The notes beneath the pieces are model-generated. The model saw only the letters and a program-made list of their open reading frames with translations. It had not been told where the DNA came from and did no database searches. A stretch of DNA of 64,000 bases from a virus (taxonomy: Duplodnaviria > Caudoviricetes): the IMG/VR virus record IMGVR_UViG_2974632701_000001, positions 10,676 through 74,675 of that record, one strand, 5' to 3'. Shown here in pieces: positions 46,819-56,156 of this stretch; position 1 is the first letter of the stretch, and every line of letters begins with the position of its first letter. The position numbers and the translations under genes are program-made.

Positions 46819-47574
46819 TTATTCGTGGGCGTCGATAGCACCACGAGCCTTCTGGTCTTGAGCCAGACCTGCAATCTCTTCTTTTGTCAGAGGAGGCAGC
46901 ATCTCGATATTGAACTTTGGCATGAGAACAGTCTTGTACTGCTTCACACCAAAACTCGACACTTGTCCACGTTGCTTCACTTCTTTTCGCATCGTGTACT
47001 TCTCTTCACGAAGAGCATTCAGCAGGATCTCAGGAATATGGTAGCCATATTCATTCTCTTCACCATACGGAATGTACTTCGACACCTTGCCACAATACTT
47101 GTTGTAGACGGTCTTGATAGCACCGGGAACAGCAGAGTCTTGGGGATCAAGGTTGTGAACTCGAACTCGATGAAGACGCATAGCCTTGGCACGAACTATA
47201 GCCCGTTTCTCAACTTCAGTGAGACCCGGAGCAGAAGGATTCAGTTGTGCTTGAGCAGTGCGAGGAAGATCCAGAACCGACTTCTTTGCTTTGGGGGCAT
47301 CAGTCTTTGATTCATTTTGTTTGGCAGCCAGTGCAGCCATGAGAACAGGATCAGCTTGATCCTCATCTTCGTTTTCATCGTCATCATTCACAGGTTGATT
47401 TTCAACCTTTTCCAGCAGAATCGGAATCAGCTTCTCTTTCAGAGTACCGACACCTGTATTGCCTGAGAACGGAACTTCCAGTTCATTCGCCACAAACCGA
47501 AGCACTTCTTTGTCTTCAGTCGATTCAACCAGAGCCAGAAGTTCTTCGGGGGTTTTTTTGGTCACATCATCCAT
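46819..47574 (-). CDS. N4 gp55-like protein
   Basis: 251 aa directly downstream of the capsid gene; L.RVRVHNLDP...G.I.TV.N motif. Confidence 0.7.
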   Translation of the reverse strand: MDDVTKKTPEELLALVESTEDKEVLRFVANELEVPFSGNTGVGTLKEKLIPILLEKVENQPVNDDDENEDEDQADPVLMAALAAKQNESKTDAPKAKKSVLDLPRTAQAQLNPSAPGLTEVEKRAIVRAKAMRLHRVRVHNLDPQDSAVPGAIKTVYNKYCGKVSKYIPYGEENEYGYHIPEILLNALREEKYTMRKEVKQRGQVSSFGVKQYKTVLMPKFNIEMLPPLTKEEIAGLAQDQKARGAIDAHE

Positions 47575-47640
47575 TGGGTGTATCCTTTTGAGTTACCATG
47601 GTGTTGTTCGCTTAACACAGCCTAAAAACCAACACAAGAA

Positions 47641-47666
47641 ATGAAAGAGGCACCCGAAGGTGCCTC
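47641..47666 (-). terminator. terminator after the major capsid gene
   Basis: On the - strand GAGGCACC-TTCG-GGTGCCTC then TTTCATTT (C(UUCG)G tetraloop). Confidence 0.85.
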
Positions 47667-47688
47667 AATCCTTAGTATGAACCTGAGA

Positions 47689-49137
47689 TCACTCAGGGAT
47701 GGGGCTGTAAGCCACTGCCATACGTTCCCCACGCAGCTTGATGAAGCCGTAGAAGAACTTGATCGAGGAGAACCCGATCTTGCCGTATGGGTCCGTCCGG
47801 TCAGCCGTGCTTTCACCCGGCTTCTTGACGATGATCCGGAACTTGGCTTTGCCAGAACCAGTCATGCCTTGCAGACCAATCGTAGCAAACGCTTCGTTAC
47901 CGATGACCAGCAGCGGAGCAACGTCGTAGCGACCACCAGTTGCCTGATAACCACCGTTGGTGCCTTCAGCAGCACCGACACCCTGCCAACGCATCATCTG
48001 CGGAACCACAACGATCCGAAGATGAGCAGTCGGGATAGCACCGATCTCACCGTTCATGATGGTTGCAGCATCTGCATACTTCTCAACTGGCACGAAATCA
48101 GCCCAGTCACTGATCATGATCTGGAGTTCCGAACCAATGTAAGCGATACGCGAAGCCGAGATCACACGAGTATCCGTCATACGGCTACCCTTGATGATCG
48201 TGGTCTTCTTGGGCGTCCGGTTGTCATCAAGGATGACTGACAGACGCTTCAGATCGCCAACATCCAGAGCCGTGACTGCACCAGAAGCACCCGAGATGGT
48301 GGCAATCGAAGTAGCCACACCCGGATAGATCTTCACGTCAGCCGCGTTCAGAAGGTCAGCCTGAAGCAGATCTTCGTAGATCTCGTTTGCACCACGCAGC
48401 ATTTCACGAGACAGATGCCCGTAAAGCTCCGAGTCCGTATCGAACATCAGCGAATCTTCAGTCCACTCCATGAAGAAGCCGTGCTCTTGGATTTCACCCT
48501 TCCGTTCCAGACGGGTAAAGCCCACACGGTTCACACGACCACCTTGCTCAGTGAGCGTCGGCATCTTGCCCAGAATCGTACCCACGTCACGCGAACCACC
48601 GTACAGCGAGCCGTTGTTCTCCTGCTTCACACCTGCACCAGCAGCAGTGATAGCAGCATCAGCATCGGTTTCGTTGGCATAGTGAACCACGCTGTCAGTC
48701 AGCGTAATCAGAGCCAGACCCGAACCACCGGAACCATCAGCACCAGCAGTGGCAACGACTTCCGCCGTACCCGTTGCCGAGTTGACGTTATCGTTGATGG
48801 CAGCAGCCGCAGCAGCTTTCGAAGCGTTGGCCACACGAACACCAGTCACTGGGAACGTGACAGTGAACGTACCGGGGACACGAGCAACACCGTTGGCGTC
48901 GATACCTTGGTCGTTCACGTTCAGGTCATCCAGCAGCGGGACGTAGTAGAAGACCTTCAGTTCCTTACCGAAGTTCTTCGGCATGGATTTGGAGTCAGCC
49001 AGCGGCGAGAAGTACATCTCTTCCGCAGCGTCCATCAGGGACTTTCGGTCCCAGTAATGGGTATTGAACTGGGGACCAACCGAACTTTGCGGCGAGCCAC
49101 CGTCACCCACTTTAGGTGCATTATAGATCTGAGTCAT
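47689..49137 (-). CDS. major capsid protein (N4 gp56-like) with an internal insertion
   Basis: YVPLLDD.N.NDQGIDA, LTE.GGRVNRVGFTR, DPYG..GFSSIK.FYG match the N4 capsid protein as I recall it. Confidence 0.95.
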   Translation of the reverse strand: MTQIYNAPKVGDGGSPQSSVGPQFNTHYWDRKSLMDAAEEMYFSPLADSKSMPKNFGKELKVFYYVPLLDDLNVNDQGIDANGVARVPGTFTVTFPVTGVRVANASKAAAAAAINDNVNSATGTAEVVATAGADGSGGSGLALITLTDSVVHYANETDADAAITAAGAGVKQENNGSLYGGSRDVGTILGKMPTLTEQGGRVNRVGFTRLERKGEIQEHGFFMEWTEDSLMFDTDSELYGHLSREMLRGANEIYEDLLQADLLNAADVKIYPGVATSIATISGASGAVTALDVGDLKRLSVILDDNRTPKKTTIIKGSRMTDTRVISASRIAYIGSELQIMISDWADFVPVEKYADAATIMNGEIGAIPTAHLRIVVVPQMMRWQGVGAAEGTNGGYQATGGRYDVAPLLVIGNEAFATIGLQGMTGSGKAKFRIIVKKPGESTADRTDPYGKIGFSSIKFFYGFIKLRGERMAVAYSPIPE

Positions 49138-49168
49138 GGTATTTTCCTTTCAGTCTCAGAGTTTCTCA

Positions 49169-50512
49169 TCATTCGGGAGGAGGGAGTTTTGCAAAGTCCT
49201 CATCCGACAATTTATCGAAATCAACGGCAGGTTTTCCTGTGTTACCCGTTTGTTTCGAAGGAGGAGTCGAAGAAAGATGTGGATTGGCGGCAGGTTTCTT
49301 CGGTGGCTGCTGCTTCCTCGCTCCCGATGCAAGAGGCTGACTCTGGGGTTGGCCACCACGAATGGGTGCCATCGAGCTTCCACCTTGAGCGGGACTTACA
49401 GAATTGAAAACACCAGCGTTTTTCATTGCTTCACCAACCTGATCGAATGCTTGCAGGAAGGGGACTCCTTGCAGGTATCCAAGAGATTGTTGGTATCTCA
49501 ATTCTTCAACTACCTTGTCGTACACCCCACTCGCTTTGAAACCTTGAAGAGTGCCGATGATACTCGGATCTTCCCGGAGACGAGCTTTGGACTTTGGATC
49601 CCAGTCACGATGAATGTGGCTGACCAGCGCCTGTCCCTCAGGAGTAGTCAATGCCATGTCCAACGCATCCCGGAACTCATTGTCCTGTGGGTTGCCCTGA
49701 TAGTTCTTCGCCTGATAACCCGAATCTTTTTCAACATCAAGATCCATTGGGTCAATTTTGTGACTTTTTAGCAACTGGGTAATTGCAGCTTTGTCACCTT
49801 TCGACAGATCAATCAGGAAGTTCAGTTGATCAGCCTTGTCCAAACCATGATCCTGAAGCATCCGATTCAGTTGTTTCATTGGTTTGATCTCTTGCATACG
49901 ACGTGAATAGTTCACGCCTTGCTGCATGAGACGGATAGCGTCTTCAGGGGAACGAACATGGAAATCTTTTCCATCAGCCTTAAAAGGCGTGGTAACACGT
50001 TTGAAGAAACCAATGGCTTCATCAACCTGTGCAGTTTCCATACCATCCGGAAGTTTGTAGTACCCAGCTTTGGCAGGAGTTTCTTTGCCTTTGGTTACTT
50101 CATCTGTTCCGGCTTTGTCGTCAGCCTTCCCTTCTTCTTCGGCGTTTGCAGCGGGCTGCTTACCACCTTGTGACTCATCACCTTCGGCTGCGGGTTTTCC
50201 TTCTTCACCCATGGGGTCTTTTTGGCTCTGATCATCGGCTTCTTCTTCCTCGCCAGAGGTGCCGGAAACAGGATCATTGTCGGACTCATCAGACTCACCA
50301 CCGTCAGGAGATGTGTCAGAGCCGTCAGTGCTTTGGGCAGCAGGTGCATCATTCGTGACTTGGAAGGCTGCATCGTTTCCTCCATTATTGGAAATCGTTT
50401 GTCCAGCAGGAGCATCTCCTGAAAACTCAGATTCATCCAGCTTGAGGAAATCTTCGTCAGACATATTGTCGAAATCGACTGGTGTTTTCGGTGCCATGAT
50501 ATTCTCCATCAT
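49169..50512 (-). CDS. N4 gp57-like protein (scaffold/tape-measure-like)
   Basis: Acidic disordered N-terminus; PFKADGK...VRSPEDAIRLMQQG.NY motif; synteny upstream of the capsid gene. Confidence 0.75.
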   Translation of the reverse strand: MMENIMAPKTPVDFDNMSDEDFLKLDESEFSGDAPAGQTISNNGGNDAAFQVTNDAPAAQSTDGSDTSPDGGESDESDNDPVSGTSGEEEEADDQSQKDPMGEEGKPAAEGDESQGGKQPAANAEEEGKADDKAGTDEVTKGKETPAKAGYYKLPDGMETAQVDEAIGFFKRVTTPFKADGKDFHVRSPEDAIRLMQQGVNYSRRMQEIKPMKQLNRMLQDHGLDKADQLNFLIDLSKGDKAAITQLLKSHKIDPMDLDVEKDSGYQAKNYQGNPQDNEFRDALDMALTTPEGQALVSHIHRDWDPKSKARLREDPSIIGTLQGFKASGVYDKVVEELRYQQSLGYLQGVPFLQAFDQVGEAMKNAGVFNSVSPAQGGSSMAPIRGGQPQSQPLASGARKQQPPKKPAANPHLSSTPPSKQTGNTGKPAVDFDKLSDEDFAKLPPPE

Positions 50513-50545
50513 TGGGCTACGGTTAGATGTGGCAAAAGCCGAGAA

Positions 50546-50929
50546 TTACTCCCCGGCTTCAGCTTTGATTGCAAGATCACGAGCTTCTTCCAAACCCTGA
50601 AGTTCATCTTTGGCCATGTTGCCTTGTTCGATGATATTCTTCATGTAGTTCCGGAATTCAGCGACAGCACCGATACTCTTCGCACAGTCATTGAAAGTCT
50701 TTTCAGTGACTCGACCAGAAGCCATCAGTTCAGCATACCGCTGAGGTTCATCGACAAAATAACCAGTCATGACCAGCAGTTTGAAGTCTTCATTCTCAGC
50801 CAGACGCTTTGCAGCTTCGTACTTCGAAATGATGTCAGCGAAATGAGCTTTCGCTTCTTCATACTGTTCATGAGTCAGTTCGATGAACTCAGGTTCTTCA
50901 GTCCCCATAGACGCATTATACAGATCCAT
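50546..50929 (-). CDS. N4 gp58-like protein
   Basis: 127-aa helical ORF between portal and the gp57-like gene. Confidence 0.7.
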   Translation of the reverse strand: MDLYNASMGTEEPEFIELTHEQYEEAKAHFADIISKYEAAKRLAENEDFKLLVMTGYFVDEPQRYAELMASGRVTEKTFNDCAKSIGAVAEFRNYMKNIIEQGNMAKDELQGLEEARDLAIKAEAGE

Positions 50930-50982
50930 GTTCTTCCTCTCAGCAATTGACTAGGAGCCTGACTTTCAGGCTCCCTTCAGTC

Positions 50983-53385
50983 TTACTGAGTGCTCAATGG
51001 ACCAATTGGAAGTCTTTGTCCAGAGAGTTGTGGCGGAACCATTGCAGGATCAGAGAAACCAGATCCCAAAGCAGGAGCACCTTGAGGACCAGTTCCCGGA
51101 GCAGCACCCCGTGCAATTGGCTTCGGCATATTTACCGGAGCCATGGTCTGACGGTTATTCTCCATGTCTGTCAGCTTGTTATAGCCAACAGCCGCCTCAA
51201 TGTTTTGAGGAGGAGTTTCACCAGCCAGCAGAGCCTTGGTAACTTCCAGACTACGGTTGCCAGCAGCTTGAGCACCCATCTTTTCAACTTCCCGTTCATG
51301 CTTCATGCCAGACAGCAACTCATCAGTTTCTTCCAGCAGTTTAGCCGCACGAGCACGAGCTTCTTCAGCACGAGCTTGATTGAGTTCAATCTCGGTTTGA
51401 GCTTTCTGAAGTTCAGCTTCTTTGAGAGCAACTTCCAGAGGATCAGGCTGAGGCTGATACGAACGAATCTGTTCTGCAAGATCAGGCATACGCTTGAGAT
51501 CAGCAATCTTACCCAGCACAATCTTCCGAAGGTTGGGATCCATATCCGGACCAACAGTCTGAAGAACCATACCAAGATCATTGGCTTTCTGTTCATCAAC
51601 TGAAGCAGTCGAGATATCAACCTTCAGATCAAAGTTCCCTTCCAGTTCTGCACGAGAAACTTCTACGAACTCACGGTTGGTAACTCGAATGATTTCCTTT
51701 TCACTCAAGAACTTACCGTTCATTGAGATCATCTTCATACCAATGTCTTGAATACCTTTCGCCAGACGACGAAGGATACTCATTTCACGTTGAGATGCAG
51801 AATCCAGAGCACCACGAATACCTGTAGCCACACGTCCATAAGCATCTCCAGAGATACCTCCAGAAAATGACTTCACACCAGTCAGTGCTTCAGCTTCAGC
51901 ATTCTGCCATTGAATCGTTTCATGAGCAGAACGAGGAATCTCAGGATATTCCATCTGACGAATGTTGGCTTTTGGATCACCATTCGGATTGAACTCAAAG
52001 TCTTCACCTTGAGTGAATCGACGCTTGTTCACAGGATCAAGGAATCCTTTGGCATAACCAGTCTGTGCGTTGGCAGAACGACCCATGAGATCAATCACAC
52101 CACGAGTCACAGCACCAATGATACGCTGGTTATCCTGAAGCAGCGAAGCATCAGCTTCACCAAAGACTGACTTCAGAATTGGCATATACGGAACGATGAC
52201 AAACGGAGGACGCTTGTCCGGGAAAGGGTTTTCACGCATCTCGATGATGGTTTCACCTACCCAAGTAACGACAATAGGAACCATGACACCATTGGCATAG
52301 ATGTCATAGAGACCCCAGTATTCATAAACCAGAACCTTTTGCTTATCCGCTGAACCAGTACCAGAAGTACGCATGTCGTTGTTTGGCGTATTGCTTTCAT
52401 GGTCTGGATTTCCATGGTTTGATTGGATCTTTGCAGACTCCCAATTCACCTTGTCCAGATTCTGGTAATAGTTCTTCTTCGCCTTCAATTCAGAAGGCGT
52501 GGCTTCATAGGTGTAGATCATGTATTGGGCTTTTTCCCATTCACCTTCACATGAAGGATCCACGAATAGGTTAGCCACATTGATGATACGAACAGATGGG
52601 CAATTCTTGACCATACGTTCTTCAATGGTTTCAATGATCCCATCTGGTTCAGCTTTCACAAGCTGTTGCATTTCCACTGACATCTCAGCAGAGGCTTTCA
52701 GACTTTCAGGCAGTGATTCCCAATCAGCAACTTCAGCCTGCATCATCTGAATAGCAGACTCGATCATCTTTGCTTCTTGTTCATCCTGAACTGCAAAGTA
52801 GCTGAAGTTGGTCGTTTCAACCTTCTCAGTACGGAACTCTTGTTCCCATCCAACACGAACCACAACAGAACCTTCATCAACGGCTGTACGTACATACCGA
52901 TCAATGAAGTCCACTTTGTTGATCTTCGTATCCCACTGCCAGTTGAGAACAACTTGGTTCTGTTCAGCCTTCGGACCATCTTCATGGGTCCGAGGCAGCA
53001 CTTGGAACATACGATCCGTATTCAAAAAAGGCTCAGTCAGAGCAGGATAACGCCATTCGTTATGCTTACGAATGAGCTTAGGCTGTACAGCAGATCGTCC
53101 TGCTTTGGCTTTCTTGGGAGCTTCTGCCCCCGTAGCATTACGCAGATCAAGCCATCCACTGACGTTTGCTTTCTGGTCATCAGTTTCCTGACGAGCAAAC
53201 TCAAGGTCTTGACGAAGATCTTCCAGAGTCGGTTCTTTTTCCCATTCAGTCAGCTTGTTACCAGTGACTTCTTCTTTTTGAGTTTCCTCAAATACTTCAT
53301 CAAGGTTGTCTGGATCGACACCCTTGTTTGAAGCACTTTCGTTACGGTTATCCGACTGGATTTTATATTCGTCATTCATTTGCAT
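50983..53385 (-). CDS. portal protein (N4 gp59-like)
   Basis: 800 aa; PKLIRKHNEWRY.ALTEPFL, VLVYEYWG, ENPFPDKRPPFV motifs. Confidence 0.9.
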   Translation of the reverse strand: MQMNDEYKIQSDNRNESASNKGVDPDNLDEVFEETQKEEVTGNKLTEWEKEPTLEDLRQDLEFARQETDDQKANVSGWLDLRNATGAEAPKKAKAGRSAVQPKLIRKHNEWRYPALTEPFLNTDRMFQVLPRTHEDGPKAEQNQVVLNWQWDTKINKVDFIDRYVRTAVDEGSVVVRVGWEQEFRTEKVETTNFSYFAVQDEQEAKMIESAIQMMQAEVADWESLPESLKASAEMSVEMQQLVKAEPDGIIETIEERMVKNCPSVRIINVANLFVDPSCEGEWEKAQYMIYTYEATPSELKAKKNYYQNLDKVNWESAKIQSNHGNPDHESNTPNNDMRTSGTGSADKQKVLVYEYWGLYDIYANGVMVPIVVTWVGETIIEMRENPFPDKRPPFVIVPYMPILKSVFGEADASLLQDNQRIIGAVTRGVIDLMGRSANAQTGYAKGFLDPVNKRRFTQGEDFEFNPNGDPKANIRQMEYPEIPRSAHETIQWQNAEAEALTGVKSFSGGISGDAYGRVATGIRGALDSASQREMSILRRLAKGIQDIGMKMISMNGKFLSEKEIIRVTNREFVEVSRAELEGNFDLKVDISTASVDEQKANDLGMVLQTVGPDMDPNLRKIVLGKIADLKRMPDLAEQIRSYQPQPDPLEVALKEAELQKAQTEIELNQARAEEARARAAKLLEETDELLSGMKHEREVEKMGAQAAGNRSLEVTKALLAGETPPQNIEAAVGYNKLTDMENNRQTMAPVNMPKPIARGAAPGTGPQGAPALGSGFSDPAMVPPQLSGQRLPIGPLSTQ

Positions 53386-53389
53386 CGGA

Positions 53390-53680
53390 TCACCTCAAGA
53401 TTTCCGAGAGTTGTTCATAACCCTGTACAGCAATATCTTTTTCTTGACCACACTCAATGAGAGCATCGCCAAGACGACCCATACGGATTTCATCTGAACC
53501 AACAGAAGTACCATTCACCGACCGAATGACATCTGAAGGATGAGGACAAGGTGCTGAAACATTCTCAGGGAGAGGTTGGACTCGGACCCCATCTGCGCTC
53601 CAGCCGCTGCAACCCACCAGTAGTAGCAACACCGGGACCAGCAGAACCTTCGGCAGTAAGTGCTTGGTTTTCAAGTTCAT
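53390..53680 (-). CDS. o-spanin (Rz1-like lipoprotein)
   Basis: Lipobox LLVGC, Pro-rich stretch PLPENVSAPCPHP, overlaps the 3' end of the i-spanin. Confidence 0.75.
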   Translation of the reverse strand: MNLKTKHLLPKVLLVPVLLLLVGCSGWSADGVRVQPLPENVSAPCPHPSDVIRSVNGTSVGSDEIRMGRLGDALIECGQEKDIAVQGYEQLSEILR

Positions 53681-53897
53681 TGATCAAACCCTCTTTCTCA
53701 CGGTTCAGCCGAAGAATCTCAGCGTTCCTTACGCTAAGAGATTCATTGAGATCAAGAAGTTCGTTCTGAAGTTCTTGACGATCCTCTTCGTACTTCTCAA
53801 TCTGGTTCACTGTACCTTTGTGGTAGCCATAGGCAAAAGCCGCCCCCAAGAGGGCGACTGATGCAGCGAGAACGATAAGCTGTCTTTGTCCGATCAT
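53565..53897 (-). CDS. i-spanin (Rz-like)
   Basis: Single N-terminal TM helix then coiled coil; directly downstream of the endolysin. Confidence 0.75.
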   Translation of the reverse strand: MIGQRQLIVLAASVALLGAAFAYGYHKGTVNQIEKYEEDRQELQNELLDLNESLSVRNAEILRLNREKEGLINELENQALTAEGSAGPGVATTGGLQRLERRWGPSPTSP

Positions 53898-54541
53898 CGT
53901 TTCAACATCCTATCTCTGAGGACATCCCCAACTTTCCGTGCATCTTCTGCACGAGTGTATCCGGGAAGTACCTTGTAATCCCACTTGAATCTTTGCTGCA
54001 CACCCAGCGTTTGCTGTACTTCAGCATGGCTAAGTGTAGTCCATGGCGATACTGGAATATCATATTCCTTGCAGAGATCCATGGTCCAATCGAGCATGGC
54101 ATCAATCCCTGCCCATGTCAGAGGATTGGTTCCCCAGTTCAAAGGTGACTCAACAGCACCAGCCATTGCATCAACAGACAAACCAAGCCAACCAGTGTTC
54201 ATAGATTTGGTATGAGACGCACCCACCCCGGATCGTACATCATAGTTGACCTGATCCTGTACTGAGTGATTGCCATCGTATACGTTGCCCAGACTGTCAA
54301 ACACCCAATTGTAGTGATTACGTTCAAGCTCAATAACGCCATGAGCACCAGCAGTCCAATGCCAGACAATCCCACGAACTCCGCGAGTGAACAGGTCTTT
54401 TGCATCTCGAACTCCTTTTATCTTCATGGCTTCTTGAATGGCTGATCGAGTCTTTGGTCCCATCATCCCATCCACAGTAAGAACAGGACCACCTAGGATC
54501 CCGTTCACTCGACCTTGATATTCTCTGGTGTTGTACGTCAT
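53894..54541 (-). CDS. endolysin: PG-binding domain plus N-acetylmuramoyl-L-alanine amidase
   Basis: VDG.MGPKT (PG-binding), IVWHWTAG, ASHT, SHAEV zinc-amidase motifs. Confidence 0.85.
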   Translation of the reverse strand: MTYNTREYQGRVNGILGGPVLTVDGMMGPKTRSAIQEAMKIKGVRDAKDLFTRGVRGIVWHWTAGAHGVIELERNHYNWVFDSLGNVYDGNHSVQDQVNYDVRSGVGASHTKSMNTGWLGLSVDAMAGAVESPLNWGTNPLTWAGIDAMLDWTMDLCKEYDIPVSPWTTLSHAEVQQTLGVQQRFKWDYKVLPGYTRAEDARKVGDVLRDRMLKR

Positions 54542-55095
54542 CTGATGATCCCATCCGATAGAATTTTACTGATAGTGGTACTCGGGTTTTCTGGGTCGTA
54601 GACATTCGAGCAGAAATCATCTGTCGAGTCAGTAACCTGAGTATCGTTTGCCATCACATCGTATCTGACACAGACATAGAATGGCTCTTCTGGAATAGCA
54701 GGTGGATCTGACTGTTCATTGTCGAAGAATGCTTCCCATGCCCAGAAACGAGGAATGTCATCAGCAACCCGATAGTTTCCCATTCCACGACGTGAAGTCA
54801 AACGAGTTCCGTCTTCATGATAAACTGAAGCAATCCACACTCCGTTCACATTCTGATTTGGATCAGCATCATATAGGATCAAAGGATTCACCTCTGCATC
54901 TACATGAACCACCTCAATGGTAGCTGTGATGAAAGGACGTTCAGCAATGAACGTGTCATACAAGCCAAGGTACGTTCGATGTCCGAAGATCATGAGAACA
55001 CACAGAATAATACCAGCAAGTAGAACACGGAAATCATCCTTGTTCTTATTGCCACTCTTCTCAACACGAAGCTGTGGAATCATTGTCTTGCTCAT
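54538..55095 (-). CDS. single-TM protein in the lysis cassette
   Basis: One hydrophobic helix (VLLAGIILCVLMIF) then a soluble domain with two Cys. Confidence 0.65.
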   Translation of the reverse strand: MSKTMIPQLRVEKSGNKNKDDFRVLLAGIILCVLMIFGHRTYLGLYDTFIAERPFITATIEVVHVDAEVNPLILYDADPNQNVNGVWIASVYHEDGTRLTSRRGMGNYRVADDIPRFWAWEAFFDNEQSDPPAIPEEPFYVCVRYDVMANDTQVTDSTDDFCSNVYDPENPSTTISKILSDGIIR

Positions 55096-55478
55096 GGGTT
55101 TTCCTCCGAATCAACTCGACCTTCAGGACCATATTCACGACGCTTTGGGTCCAAGGCTTCATTGGATTCACCACTGATGAAACGCTCTACAAGCGTCACA
55201 GCCACGAGGCCAATGAGAAATGAAGCAGCAGTGAGGGTTCCCATCGCTCCTGCCATTTCATCTGGAAGGTCTCCAATCCATGGTTTCATAAGAACAGGCC
55301 CAAGAACACCGACGCCAAAAGAGACGGCACCCCCCACGAATACGACACGCAGCCCTTCTTTCCAACCAGTTTTTAGGACAGCGGCTCTGACTGAACCGCC
55401 CAATGCCCCAAAAAACGTGAGGATCGCAGCACGTTGGTTGAACACCTCAAAGAAAAGGTTTGGATCTTTTTCACTCAT
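55092..55478 (-). CDS. putative holin
   Basis: 128 aa, three hydrophobic segments, charged C-terminus, upstream of the endolysin. Confidence 0.65.
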   Translation of the reverse strand: MSEKDPNLFFEVFNQRAAILTFFGALGGSVRAAVLKTGWKEGLRVVFVGGAVSFGVGVLGPVLMKPWIGDLPDEMAGAMGTLTAASFLIGLVAVTLVERFISGESNEALDPKRREYGPEGRVDSEENP

Positions 55479-56146
55479 CAGACAAATCCTCGATCTTGGA
55501 AGCGAGTGTCTTCATCCAATACTTCCGAAGTCTGAGATTTGTTTTCGATGATATCTTCACCCATCATTCTCAGATACAGACCGTAATAGGAATCGCCTTT
55601 CGCTGTGTGTTCTTCTCCACCCATATGGGACAGATACAACCCAGAGACGTAAAGCGCCAGAGCTTCATAGAGATGATGAGGCAATTGCATCGTACCATTG
55701 ACATCAATGGCCGGATGTTTGGTCTGGAACTTGAGATCTACTGCTGGTGCATAATCCTCCATGAACTGATTCGAGAATCGAATCGAGAACGGAGAGGGCA
55801 TGGTGATGAGTGAACCAGTCTTGGGAACAAAGGTTCTCTCATTGGCTGGAATCACTTCCAGATCTTTCGGAACTGCATGAATCGACAGCATTCGCACATA
55901 GTCAGCGAAGACAGCATCAAGTGTTGAGTTCAACAGGTAGATGTTCTGTCCAGTCACAAACGTCAGAGCATAGGTCGATTCAAACAGCTTCATTCGGGTA
56001 CTGATGTCGATCAGTCCCTGATTGGTAAGCTCAAGCAGTTGATCTTCATGACCGGGATTGATCTCACCGAGATCTTGGTCATCGACAACCGCTGTGTTTT
56101 TCAGTTGGCCGCGAGCCAGCTTCAAGGTGAAATCTGTGAAGAGCAT
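55478..56146 (-). CDS. head-tail adaptor (N4 gp67-like)
   Basis: Synteny downstream of terL; LTNQGL..I..R motif; EALALYV.G.Y motif. Confidence 0.7.
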   Translation of the reverse strand: MLFTDFTLKLARGQLKNTAVVDDQDLGEINPGHEDQLLELTNQGLIDISTRMKLFESTYALTFVTGQNIYLLNSTLDAVFADYVRMLSIHAVPKDLEVIPANERTFVPKTGSLITMPSPFSIRFSNQFMEDYAPAVDLKFQTKHPAIDVNGTMQLPHHLYEALALYVSGLYLSHMGGEEHTAKGDSYYGLYLRMMGEDIIENKSQTSEVLDEDTRFQDRGFV

Positions 56147-56156
56147 GGGACTTTCC

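Noticed and set aside
45906-46838. 310-aa + strand ORF, and the many other long ORFs antisense to vRNAP, structural and replication genes
   Set aside because: Shadow frames of strongly codon-biased genes; no SD, no motifs, fully overlapped by well-supported opposite-strand genes.
50953-50973. GGAGCCTGA/TCAGGCTCC hairpin between portal and the gp58-like gene as a terminator or vRNAP promoter
   Set aside because: No U-tract on the coding strand and no C-GNA-G loop; probably only an mRNA-stabilising stem.
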